Origin: a bacterium | GTDB taxonomy: Bacteria > SZUA-182 > DTGQ01 > JAFGSM01 | DNA length: 64,000 nucleotides | Direction of reading: 5' to 3' | NCBI GenBank assembly: GCA_049472315.1 | Contig: JBLIRN010000017.1 | Coordinates: 1 to 64,000, forward strand | Part shown: piece by piece, positions 31,081 to 40,209 of the stretch | Layout: each line of letters opens with the position of its first letter | Numbering within the stretch: the first letter of the stretch is position 1 | Position numbers and translations under genes: made by a program | The notes under the pieces: generated by a model | Seen by the model: the letters and a program-made list of their open reading frames with translations, nothing else | The model's database searches: none | Told to the model about the DNA's origin: nothing

Positions 31081-31134
31081 TTAAAGGATTTTAATACTGT
31101 TTTAATGTCCCTTTAATGTCGGAAATGCTATACT
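31081..31134 (+). promoter_or_regulatory. Four phased TTAA boxes plus extended -10 (second copy)
   Basis: TTAA at 31081, 31091, 31102, 31113; TGcTATACT at 31126-31134. Confidence 0.65.
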
Positions 31135-31185
31135 ATTTAAAAATAGCATGTATCACTAGTGATATTTATCGCAGGAGCGGTTACT

Positions 31186-31566
31186 ATGAAACGGATTCTC
31201 GTGCTTGATGATGAAGAGATGATGCGCGGAATACTTCGAAAGCTATTGGTGAGTGAGGGATATGACGTGATGGAGGCATCAAATGCGCATACAGCGCATG
31301 AGATACTGAAAAGGGAAAATATGGATCTTGTTTTGCTGGATATCAAGATGCCGGACGTATCCGGGAGTGAGCTGTACGCCATCATTGAACAATTTCACCG
31401 CACCCTCAGGGTGATAGTCACCAGTGTGTACCCCCTGGATGTGCAGCGGCAGATCATCCCTGGGGCGTGTGATTATTATGATAAGGCGCAGGGGATTGAT
31501 CTCCTGATCGCGAAGATAAAAAGGGCATTGATTGATGGAACGATCACCTACGATCGAAACGAATGA
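31186..31566 (+). CDS. Single-domain response regulator (receiver)
   Basis: ILVLDDE, VLLDIKMP, IVTS, YYDK; ATG 31186 after AGGAG. Confidence 0.85.
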   Translation: MKRILVLDDEEMMRGILRKLLVSEGYDVMEASNAHTAHEILKRENMDLVLLDIKMPDVSGSELYAIIEQFHRTLRVIVTSVYPLDVQRQIIPGACDYYDKAQGIDLLIAKIKRALIDGTITYDRNE

Positions 31567-32167
31567 TTTCACCGGGTTCCTGGAACAGTGCACCGGAAGG
31601 GACAGGGGTGCGTGGGAGCTTTTCGTATCCAGATATGGTCGTCCCATGTACGCCTATATTGAAAAAACCCTCGCACGGTATAATTATCCCCTTCATTCTG
31701 AAGTAGTCGAGGATATCGCCCACAGGACATTTCTTTCCCTTGTGGAAAGGGACTGTCAGAGTATTAGAAATTTCAGGGGTAACGATGATCGGACATTCAA
31801 GGCATATCTGAGGGAGATCTGCTTTCACACCACCGTTGATTTCCTGCGAGAGCAGGGTCGCTTTACGGAGCTGGACGAGGGGTGCCCTTATTCATCGGCT
31901 TCACAAAAGGTCGATATATCCGAGCAAAATGAGTTGAGGGAGATCCTTTCAACGATCAGGGATGCGCTTCCCGCACGTCACAGGTATCTTTTCAAATTGA
32001 TATACGAGGAGGAATGGGATTGGCCCGAGATAGCGGAGGCACTCCAGATAAGCCTCAATGCTGCATATCAGTTGAAATTCAGAATGATCGGTAATATAGT
32101 CAGAATTGCCAAAGGGATGAATTTGTATGATCTGCTCAAGCCATTTGCGCAACCTGTTTGTCGATAA
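31535..32167 (+). CDS. ECF-type sigma-70 factor
   Basis: Region 2 (AWELFVSRY...EDIAHRTFLSL...YLREICFHTTVDFLR) and region 4 (LPARHRYLFKLIY...EIAEALQIS). Confidence 0.8.
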   Translation: MERSPTIETNDFTGFLEQCTGRDRGAWELFVSRYGRPMYAYIEKTLARYNYPLHSEVVEDIAHRTFLSLVERDCQSIRNFRGNDDRTFKAYLREICFHTTVDFLREQGRFTELDEGCPYSSASQKVDISEQNELREILSTIRDALPARHRYLFKLIYEEEWDWPEIAEALQISLNAAYQLKFRMIGNIVRIAKGMNLYDLLKPFAQPVCR

Positions 32168-32195
32168 CAGCCTTGTAATCCTTTAAGAAAATGGT

Positions 32196-32783
32196 ATGAG
32201 GCAATTCTGGCTCTGTTTTATCCCCCTCTTCGTCGCCGTTGACGCGATAGGCGTCCTGCCCATTTTCCTGGGTCTTACCCAGGATATGGACAGCCGCACC
32301 ATTCACCATATCATCGTACAATCCGTCATAACCGCCTCTGCGGTGGCATTGTCGTTCCTTGCCGTCGGCGTTGCCGTGCTCGCGATTCTCGGCATCACGG
32401 TTGCCGACTTCATGGTGGCGGGGGGCATCCTCCTTTTTGTCATTTCCATAAGTGACCTGTTGACCACTGAGAAGGTTCAGCGAAGGTTCGATCCCGAAAG
32501 CCTGGGTGCCGTGCCCCTCGGCGTCCCCCTGATCACCGGTCCGGCGGTGCTTACCACCTCCATCCTCCTCATGAACGAATACGGCTTTTTCCTGACCAGC
32601 GCTTCCATCGTGCTGAATATCCTTATCGCGGGGATCGCGTTTCTCTTTGCACAACGCATCAATCGATTCCTGGGAAAGGCCGGTGCAAAGGCGCTTTCCA
32701 AGGTGGCCGGCCTGCTCCTCGCGGCAATCGGCGTCATGATGGTGCGACGGGGTATCGCCCTGTTGATCGGGTGGAAGCTGTAA
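32196..32783 (+). CDS. MarC family membrane protein
   Basis: LFVAVDAIG.LPIF, FMVAGGILLF, VPLGVPLITGPA. Confidence 0.9.
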   Translation: MRQFWLCFIPLFVAVDAIGVLPIFLGLTQDMDSRTIHHIIVQSVITASAVALSFLAVGVAVLAILGITVADFMVAGGILLFVISISDLLTTEKVQRRFDPESLGAVPLGVPLITGPAVLTTSILLMNEYGFFLTSASIVLNILIAGIAFLFAQRINRFLGKAGAKALSKVAGLLLAAIGVMMVRRGIALLIGWKL

Positions 32784-32812
32784 GGGAGATATCCCGCAAT
32801 TCTAATTTTGAC

Positions 32813-32919
32813 GAGACTGTCGAAAATCCTTTTTGCTGCAAATTTCCAAAAATCCTGACTATTACAGTCAGGCCGCTTGAGATCTTAAGATTCTAAATTT
32901 TGACTTTTTCGACAGTCTC
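32813..32919. mobile_element. 107-bp MITE-like element with 14-bp TIRs and 3-bp flanking direct repeat
   Basis: GAGACTGTCGAAAA (32813-32826) / TTTTCGACAGTCTC (32906-32919); GAC on both sides; no ORF. Confidence 0.65.
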
Positions 32920-33059
32920 GACAGTGCGTTAACATGAGTAAGTATGGCTGCCTGCGCCTTCGGAGCAACGGTCTACGATAGGAACCGCTGAACATTGTCC
33001 CCTCCTGTTGATCACAACCGGGGTTTCGTTTTATGATGGATGCGAGGAGGTGACGCAGA

Positions 33060-34124
33060 ATGCCCAGATTTTTCAGGAGGGTTTCGAAAAAGGCGGGACT
33101 TGTCCCGGGCACTTTGATTTACACCAATGACCGGAAGATGGAAGAGGCGAAAATCACCATCATCGATTACGATGAGGGGAACATCCGGGAACGACAGGTG
33201 CAGCAGGTGGAGGAATGCCTTCCCTTCAAGGAGTCTCCCACCGTAACCTGGATCAACGTGGATGGCCTCCACGACATAGAAATCATCGAGAAACTCGGAA
33301 CGTACTTCGACCTTCATCCCCTCATTCTCGAGGATATCCTCAATACCAACCAGCGCCCCAAGTTCGAGGATTTTGAGCATTTCATCTACGTGGTCCTAAA
33401 GATGCTCTCCTATGACACGGAAAAACAGGAGATCATCGCAGAGCAGGTGAGCATTGTCATCGGAGAGAATTTCGTCCTCTCCTTCCAGGAGCGGGAGGGG
33501 GACGTGTTCAATCCCGTGCGGGAGCGCATCCGAAATGCCAAGGGAAGGATCAGGAAGATGGGGGCCGACTACCTCGCCTATGCCCTCCTTGATGCGGTGG
33601 TTGACAACTATTTCGTCATCCTCGAGGCGCTGGGGGAAGAGGTCGAGGAACTCGAGGAGGTCCTGGTTGTGAATCCCACACCCCAGATCCTCCATGCGAT
33701 CCACCACCTCAAGCGGGAGACCATCTTCCTGAGAAAGGCCGTGTGGCCGCTGCGGGAGGTGATCGACAGCCTGGGGAGAAGGGAATCCCCGCTGATTGGG
33801 AAGGGCACTACTCTCTTTTTGAGGGATGTATACGATCATACCATCCAGATCATCGATACAGCCGAGACATTCCGGGATCTCATTGCAGGGATGCTCGACA
33901 TCTACCTTTCGAGCATCAGCAACAGGATGAACAATGTCATGAAGGTCCTGACCATCATCGCCACCATATTCATCCCCCTCACCTTCATCGCCGGGATTTA
34001 CGGCATGAATTTCAAGTACATGCCCGAGCTTGACTGGCGGTGGAGCTATCCCCTGGTCTGGGTGGTAATGGTCCTTGTGGCTGTATACATGGTCATGTAT
34101 TTCAAGGATAAGGGGTGGCTGTAA
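33060..34124 (+). CDS. corA: Magnesium/cobalt transporter
   Basis: WINVDG, LHPLILEDI, YGMNF.YMPEL signature. Confidence 0.95.
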   Translation: MPRFFRRVSKKAGLVPGTLIYTNDRKMEEAKITIIDYDEGNIRERQVQQVEECLPFKESPTVTWINVDGLHDIEIIEKLGTYFDLHPLILEDILNTNQRPKFEDFEHFIYVVLKMLSYDTEKQEIIAEQVSIVIGENFVLSFQEREGDVFNPVRERIRNAKGRIRKMGADYLAYALLDAVVDNYFVILEALGEEVEELEEVLVVNPTPQILHAIHHLKRETIFLRKAVWPLREVIDSLGRRESPLIGKGTTLFLRDVYDHTIQIIDTAETFRDLIAGMLDIYLSSISNRMNNVMKVLTIIATIFIPLTFIAGIYGMNFKYMPELDWRWSYPLVWVVMVLVAVYMVMYFKDKGWL

Positions 34125-34161
34125 GGGGCTTCGTCTCCAAGCCCTTTTCACTGCGACGGCG

Positions 34162-36390
34162 ATGGAATTCGATACCCATATAACAAGGAACATCGGCCTT
34201 TTCGGGGCTACCGGCATCGGCGTGGGTGCGATCGTGGGAGGGGGGATCCTTGCCCTGGCAGGGGTGGCCTTTTCCCTGGCCGGTCCCTCAGCGATCATCG
34301 CCTTTGCCTTGAATGGGGTAATCGCCCTCATCACGGTCATGAGCTTCGCTGAGATGTCCGCCGCATTCCCCGAGTCCGGCGGCGCCTATACCTTCACCAA
34401 AAAGGTCTTCTCGGTGCGCTCCGCCTTTGCCGTGGGCTGGATACTCTGGTTTGCCTCCATCATGGCAGGGGTGCTCTATGCCATGGGGTTCGCCTTTTAT
34501 GCGGCGGATGCCCTTAGAACCCTGGCGCATATGATCATAGGCCGAGCCCCTGCGTGGTGCGAAGGCCGCTGGATGGTGCTCCTTCTCTCGGCGGGGGCTA
34601 CGGCATTCTATACCATCAAGCTTACCCGCAGGGTCGGCGGAGGGGGACAGTGGGAGAGCATGGGCAAGGTCATCCTGTTCCTTGTCCTCATTCTGGCCGG
34701 GCTGTTTTTTCTGCCCCGGCAGGCACCACACCTTGCCCGCGCAAAGCTCTCCCCCTTTTTCGGCGGAGGGATACTGGGCATCGTTCAGGCCATGGGGTAT
34801 ACCTTTATCACCCTGCAGGGATTCGACCTCATAGCCGCAGTTGCCGGAGAGGTCAGAAACCCTGACCGGAACATCCCGCGCTCCATGTTCCTTTCCCTGG
34901 GTATCGCACTCGGCATCTACCTCCCCTTTCTCTTTATCATCGCCACGGTGGGGGTCCCGGCCGGTCAGACCATCGGTGCCCTCAGCCGAGCCCATGCCGA
35001 GACGGTGGTTGCCGTTGCCGTGCGCAACTATCTGGGGCCGGCGGGATACTGGCTGATCATCGTCGCTGCCCTCCTGTCGATGCTCTCCGCCCTCCATGCC
35101 AATATCATGGCCGCCTCCCGCATCGCCTTCACCATGTCACGGGATCGAACGCTCCCCCGGTTTCTGGGGCGCGTGTCAGAGAAGAACGGGACCCCTTGTC
35201 GGGCTATCATGGTGAGCAGCCTCATTCTGGTGCTGAGCCTTGTTGCCCTGTCGGATCTGGCCGCGGCCGGGGCGGCTGCCAGTCTGGTATTTCTCATCTC
35301 CTTCGCACTGGTCCATGTCACCACCATTCTTGCCAGGATGCGCGGGGGGATAGGAGAGGACACCGCGTTGCAGCCGCCATTTCCCACGGTTCCGCTGATA
35401 GGGGCGGTTTTGTGCGCCTCCCTGGCCGTGTTCCAGACCTTGAACGCACCTTCCGCAGGGAAGATCGTCGGTGCCTGGCTTGCCCTCGGATTCATCCTCT
35501 ACTTCGCGATCCTTGCCGGACGTGCGGAGGTCGTTGACGCCATGACGGAGGCACAGAACCCGCATCTGGTGCGGTTAAGGGGGCGGAGCCCCCTCGTGCT
35601 CGTCCCCCTTGCCAACCCGGATCGTGCCAGGGCCATGGTGGAGGTGGCAAACGCCCTTTCCCCCTCCCGCGTGGGAAGGGCACTTCTCCTGTTTGTGGTT
35701 GCCGGCGCCGGCAAATGGAAGGCCGGGCAACCTCCGGCCCAGCTCCTTGCCACCCAGGATGTCCTGCAGGAGGCGCTCACCGCATCCTTCAGCTCCGGTC
35801 TCGCCCCTGAGGCCCTCATCACGGTCGCCCCCAATCCATGGGTCGAAATCGTGCGGGTTGCCCGTGTTCACCGCTGCGAAAGCATGCTCATCGGCCTGAG
35901 TGACCTGGCTTACAACACCTTGAATCCCCGCCTCAACGATTTGGTGAGCAGGGTGGATTCCGATACGGTCTTCCTGAAATCCCCTGCCGATTGGCAGCTC
36001 TCAAATGTGCGCAGCATTCTCGTCCCGGTGGGGGGGAAGGGGGACCACGACGAGTTGCGGGCCCGGCTGCTGGGGAGCCTGTGCCGGACATCCGAGCGTG
36101 AGGTAACCTTTTTGAGGGTGGTTCCGGAAGAGACGACGGACAAGGAGATGCAATGGATCCGCTACACGCTCACCCGCTTTGCCGGGGATGAGGTTCCCGT
36201 GGAGCCCAAGGTGGAGGTCATCCGAAGCGACAACGTGGTGGAGGGGGTACAGGGGCATGCTGCACAAAGCGATCTGGTCATCCTGGGAATCCAGCGTCAT
36301 GGCCGCCGGAGGAAGGTATTCGGCGAGGTGGCTCTGGAGATCGCCCGGACCACCTCGGGTGCCACACTGCTTATCAGCAGGAAGGGGTAA
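34162..36390 (+). CDS. APC-family amino acid permease fused to C-terminal Usp-like domains
   Basis: GIGVGAIVGGGI, PESGGAY, GEVRNP.RNIP; C-terminal VLVPLANP and ILVPVGG Usp folds. Confidence 0.85.
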   Translation: MEFDTHITRNIGLFGATGIGVGAIVGGGILALAGVAFSLAGPSAIIAFALNGVIALITVMSFAEMSAAFPESGGAYTFTKKVFSVRSAFAVGWILWFASIMAGVLYAMGFAFYAADALRTLAHMIIGRAPAWCEGRWMVLLLSAGATAFYTIKLTRRVGGGGQWESMGKVILFLVLILAGLFFLPRQAPHLARAKLSPFFGGGILGIVQAMGYTFITLQGFDLIAAVAGEVRNPDRNIPRSMFLSLGIALGIYLPFLFIIATVGVPAGQTIGALSRAHAETVVAVAVRNYLGPAGYWLIIVAALLSMLSALHANIMAASRIAFTMSRDRTLPRFLGRVSEKNGTPCRAIMVSSLILVLSLVALSDLAAAGAAASLVFLISFALVHVTTILARMRGGIGEDTALQPPFPTVPLIGAVLCASLAVFQTLNAPSAGKIVGAWLALGFILYFAILAGRAEVVDAMTEAQNPHLVRLRGRSPLVLVPLANPDRARAMVEVANALSPSRVGRALLLFVVAGAGKWKAGQPPAQLLATQDVLQEALTASFSSGLAPEALITVAPNPWVEIVRVARVHRCESMLIGLSDLAYNTLNPRLNDLVSRVDSDTVFLKSPADWQLSNVRSILVPVGGKGDHDELRARLLGSLCRTSEREVTFLRVVPEETTDKEMQWIRYTLTRFAGDEVPVEPKVEVIRSDNVVEGVQGHAAQSDLVILGIQRHGRRRKVFGEVALEIARTTSGATLLISRKG

Positions 36391-36642
36391 CCCCTCTCTA
36401 TGATTCAAAAGGTTATACCCCGTTCACCCGCAATGTGCGTTTCAGAGATCTGCCATACGGTTCACAGAAATGATGTGTTAAGGTGTCATGGAATCTCTGA
36501 TTGATCTCCTCTCTGAATGCCGTGTTTTCTGTGGTCAAAAAAGTCAATCGTTGACCGAATGGAGTATAAATCATTTGAACATGCGGATTGATCGTGCTAT
36601 GTTAGAAATATTGGCATGTCCGGATCATAGGATGGAGCGTGC

Positions 36643-37845
36643 ATGAAGGTATTGATGCTGACTAATGAATACCCCCCCCATGTCTATGGAGGGGCTGGGG
36701 TCCACGTGGAGTATCTGGTCCGCGAGCTTTCCCGGCTCACCCCGGTGGAGGTGCGGTGTTTCGGGAACCAAGAGGCAGACCGCGAGAACCTGAAGGTCAA
36801 CGGTTTCGGGGGCGATGAGCGATTGTTCGAGACCTGCCCGAAGGAGATCAAAAGTTCGCTGGCAGCCTGCTGCCGCTGCGTTTCCTTCACTGCAAAGGAC
36901 ATCGATGCCCGGATCGTCCACTGCCACACCTGGTATACCCATCTGGCGGGCATCCTGGCCAGATTCCATTACGGCATACCCCTGGTGATCACCATCCATT
37001 CGCTGGAGCCGCTGCGCCCATGGAAGCGGGAACAGCTTGGACGGGCCTACGATTTTTCCTGCTGGGTGGAAAGGACCGCAATCGAGATGGCCGACGCGGT
37101 GATCGCCGTGTCCGAGGAGACCAGGAAGGATGTGCTCACCCATTTTCACGTAGCCGAGGAACGGGTGCACGTGATTTATAACGGGATCGACGTTGAAGAG
37201 TACTGCCGGACCTGCTCTCAGGAATCCCTGGAGCGCTTCGGCATTGACCCGCATAAACCTTACGTGCTCTTTGTGGGGAGGATAACCAGGCAGAAGGGGA
37301 TCATACACCTGGTCAATGCCATCCCGTACCTCGATCCCTCCGTCCAGGTGGTGCTCTGCGCAGGGGCCCCCGACACCAGGGAGATCGCCGAGGAGATGGA
37401 ACGGGGTGTGGCGGCGGTCCGGGGGATGCGGAACAATGTCTTCTGGATACAGGAGATGGTGGACAAGAGGACGATTGTGGGACTCTACTCCCATGCGGCT
37501 GTGTTCTGCTGTCCCTCCATCTACGAGCCCTTCGGCATCATCAACCTGGAGGCCATGGCGTGCGGAACACCGGTGGTGGGAACTGCGGTGGGCGGGATCA
37601 AGGAGGTGGTCGTTCCCGGAGAAACGGGGCTTCTGGTGGAGCCGGGTCATGACTGTGTCGGCCCGTCATGCGATAACCGGCAGTTCTCTAAAAACCTTGC
37701 AGATGCCATCAGCCGGCTGATAGCCGATCCGGAAAGGCGCAGGAAAATGGGGCAAAAGGGCCGCAGGCGCGCAGAAGAGGTATTCAGTTGGAAGACGATC
37801 GCACAAAAGACCTTCGATCTGTACCAGTCCTTGGTTGATGCATAG
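36643..37845 (+). CDS. glgA: GT4 glycogen synthase of the actinobacterial type (GlgM, maltose-1-phosphate synthase-like)
   Basis: LTNEYPP.VYGGAGVHV, HCHTWY, HSLEPLRPWK.EQLG, EPFGIINLEAMACG. Confidence 0.88.
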   Translation: MKVLMLTNEYPPHVYGGAGVHVEYLVRELSRLTPVEVRCFGNQEADRENLKVNGFGGDERLFETCPKEIKSSLAACCRCVSFTAKDIDARIVHCHTWYTHLAGILARFHYGIPLVITIHSLEPLRPWKREQLGRAYDFSCWVERTAIEMADAVIAVSEETRKDVLTHFHVAEERVHVIYNGIDVEEYCRTCSQESLERFGIDPHKPYVLFVGRITRQKGIIHLVNAIPYLDPSVQVVLCAGAPDTREIAEEMERGVAAVRGMRNNVFWIQEMVDKRTIVGLYSHAAVFCCPSIYEPFGIINLEAMACGTPVVGTAVGGIKEVVVPGETGLLVEPGHDCVGPSCDNRQFSKNLADAISRLIADPERRRKMGQKGRRRAEEVFSWKTIAQKTFDLYQSLVDA

Positions 37846-37860
37846 GGAAGTGGCGAGGAT

Positions 37861-39315
37861 TCACCCCTTCGCCTTCTTCAGGGTAAAGAAGAAGGTGCTT
37901 CCTTGTCCCTGTCGGCTTTCCACCCCCACCTCTCCGCCGAGCCGTTCAACGATCCGGCGGACGATGGACAATCCAAGCCCGTGTCCCTCGATGCGTGCCT
38001 GGTTGATCTGGGTAAAGGGGTGGAACAGGCGGGATTGGTCCTCGGGGGGAAAACCGGGGCCGTTGTCCTTGACCCAGAAGCGGATGATGCCGTTTGGGCC
38101 TGGGGAGGCGCCAATCTCCACGCGCGGGGGCCTTCCGCCGTATTTTATGGCATTGCTCAGATAGTTGACCCACACCTCCTCCACCCATGGGCCGTATCCT
38201 AACGCCTTGGGCATTACCGTGGGAAGCGTGATGTCTGCGTTGTATTCCCTAATCAAATGGTCCAGTCGGCCCATGGCGTCTTCCACAATCCGCTCCATGT
38301 GAAGCGGCTCTGTTTCCACCTCGTCGAGTGTGCGTACCCGGGCAAGGAGCATCAACTCGTCGATGATATTGATCATCTTCTGTCCGTTGTTCAGGATCCT
38401 CTGGCCATAGCGCAGGATCTTTTCCCTGGGCATTCTCTCATGCCCCTGCTCGATCGCATATCCGCAGTTTATGAGCACCCCCAGCAGGTTCTTGAGGTCA
38501 TGGGCTACGGTATGGGAGAAGGCATCCAGTTCCTCGTTGCGTGTCTTCAGTTCCTCGATGTAGTGGTGCACCGCATGTTCGGCCCGCTTGCGTTCGGTCA
38601 CGTCCCGTGCGATCTCGATCACACCGGTGACATTCCCTCGTTTATCCTTGAGGGGAACGCCGATATCCTCCCAGTAGCATACCCCTTCGATCCCTTGGGT
38701 AATCGGTTGATACATGGTGGCCATTTCGATGCGTCCGGTTCTTAGTGCCCTGGAACACGGACATCCCTCGCATGGCTCATCCCTGCCCACGTACGCCTTG
38801 AAGCAGGGCTGCCCCAGTGCATCAGGGTTCATATCCAGCGCCCGTTTATTTGCCCAGATGATGTTCATATCCGGATCAACCTGCACGATCATGTCCGGGA
38901 GGGCGTCCAGAATGCTGCGCAGTCGCTCCTCGCTTTCACGCAAGGTCTCCTCGGCCCTTTTTCGATTGCTTATATCCACGGAAATCAGTGCGAACCACCA
39001 TTTGCCGCTCTCTACCTGAAAGGGGATCGTGGTCACCTGCATGATCCGGTTGAACCGCCTGGGCAGGATTTTTTCGGTAACGATCGGGGCCTTCACCCTT
39101 TTCGCCTCCACGATGCTACATTTCGGGCAGGGTTCGCGTCTGCCCATAAAATATTCATAACATTTCCTGTTGGTGGGATCGCCGTAGATCCTCCGGCATT
39201 GCTCGCTCACGTAGCGGACATTGAAATCCGCATCGATGATCTCCGCACCCCTTCTGATGGCATCCAGAATGGAATCCGTTTCATGGATGGGCCTTTCCAA
39301 CAGTTTTTGAGGCAT
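37861..39315 (-). CDS. Cytoplasmic PAS-PAS sensor histidine kinase
   Basis: Two PAS regions with Cys motifs (PCPKC, PCEGCPC); AHDLKN, NAIKYG, DNGPG, GLGLSI. Confidence 0.9.
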   Translation of the reverse strand: MPQKLLERPIHETDSILDAIRRGAEIIDADFNVRYVSEQCRRIYGDPTNRKCYEYFMGRREPCPKCSIVEAKRVKAPIVTEKILPRRFNRIMQVTTIPFQVESGKWWFALISVDISNRKRAEETLRESEERLRSILDALPDMIVQVDPDMNIIWANKRALDMNPDALGQPCFKAYVGRDEPCEGCPCSRALRTGRIEMATMYQPITQGIEGVCYWEDIGVPLKDKRGNVTGVIEIARDVTERKRAEHAVHHYIEELKTRNEELDAFSHTVAHDLKNLLGVLINCGYAIEQGHERMPREKILRYGQRILNNGQKMINIIDELMLLARVRTLDEVETEPLHMERIVEDAMGRLDHLIREYNADITLPTVMPKALGYGPWVEEVWVNYLSNAIKYGGRPPRVEIGASPGPNGIIRFWVKDNGPGFPPEDQSRLFHPFTQINQARIEGHGLGLSIVRRIVERLGGEVGVESRQGQGSTFFFTLKKAKG

Positions 39316-39574
39316 CTACATATTCCTTCCTGAATTCCTATGGTACGTCATTGACCCCACGGGATGAATTGTTGCGGTTGGCATGCCGGTTCTCTTCCGC
39401 GGATCGCATATCCACTATCTATTTATTCGACAGAATGGAAATTTGTAATTAAGGACGTGCAGGATGTGCGGTTGCCGAAGATAGTGTATGAGAAGGCTCC
39501 CCCCCTTCCTGCAGGATAGTGTGTAATCACGATAAGGATGGAAGGATATGCGCGTAATGCACCGCTTCGGCGTA

Positions 39575-40000
39575 TCACTGCCTGTGCGTTTCCTTCATCC
39601 ATCGGGAGAGGGTTTCCTCAATGGTCTTGGTGGTGAAGGGCTTTTTGATGAGATCACGGATCCCTATCCTCTCCGCCTCCGATTCCACCTCCGTGTTCCA
39701 GTAAGCGGTGATCAGGATCTTCAGCGCATGGGGATGAGTCTCCTTGATCTGCTTGAAGAATTCCAGGCCATCCATCCCCGGCAATCGGTAGTCGGTGATG
39801 ATGACCTCGAATGCTTGGTCCTTGAGCAGTTCAATGCCCTCCTCTGCCGTTTCGAGGGCGCGCAAGTGCCATCCCTCGTTTTCAAAAAACAGGCTCAAGG
39901 AATCCCTGATCCACTCATCATCGTCGATGAGCAGGATCTTGACTTGTTTCATAGTATTATCATAGAGGTCCATTGTCGAGCTACATGATTGGTGAACCAT
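39575..40000 (-). CDS. Single-domain response regulator (receiver); start uncertain
   Basis: ILLIDDD, IITDYRLP, LITAY, KKP; ATG 40000 after GGGAGAG. Confidence 0.85.
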   Translation of the reverse strand: MVHQSCSSTMDLYDNTMKQVKILLIDDDEWIRDSLSLFFENEGWHLRALETAEEGIELLKDQAFEVIITDYRLPGMDGLEFFKQIKETHPHALKILITAYWNTEVESEAERIGIRDLIKKPFTTKTIEETLSRWMKETHRQ

Positions 40001-40024
40001 TGACGTTCTCTCCCACTTTCTATT

Positions 40025-40040
40025 AGCATTGTGTGTGCCA
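40025..40040 (-). promoter_or_regulatory. Putative sigma54 (-24/-12) promoter
   Basis: TGGCACACACAATGCT (GG-N10-GC); palindrome ATTTCGAAAT at 40131-40140. Confidence 0.6.
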
Positions 40041-40209
40041 CGGACACGGCCGGTATGATAGGCGCGGAACCGGCGAATATACTGCATTTTCGCCTTTCTG
40101 TATCCCTTCATGTATGTAATGATTAGAGAAATTTCGAAATGGCGCATAGAAAAAATTCTAATGACTTATCTGATAGGTGAATATGGAGGAGGACGGGAAG
40201 GGGAAGGGC

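Noticed and set aside
32923..33059. M-box (ykoK) Mg riboswitch upstream of corA
   Set aside because: The region is short and lacks recognisable M-box consensus
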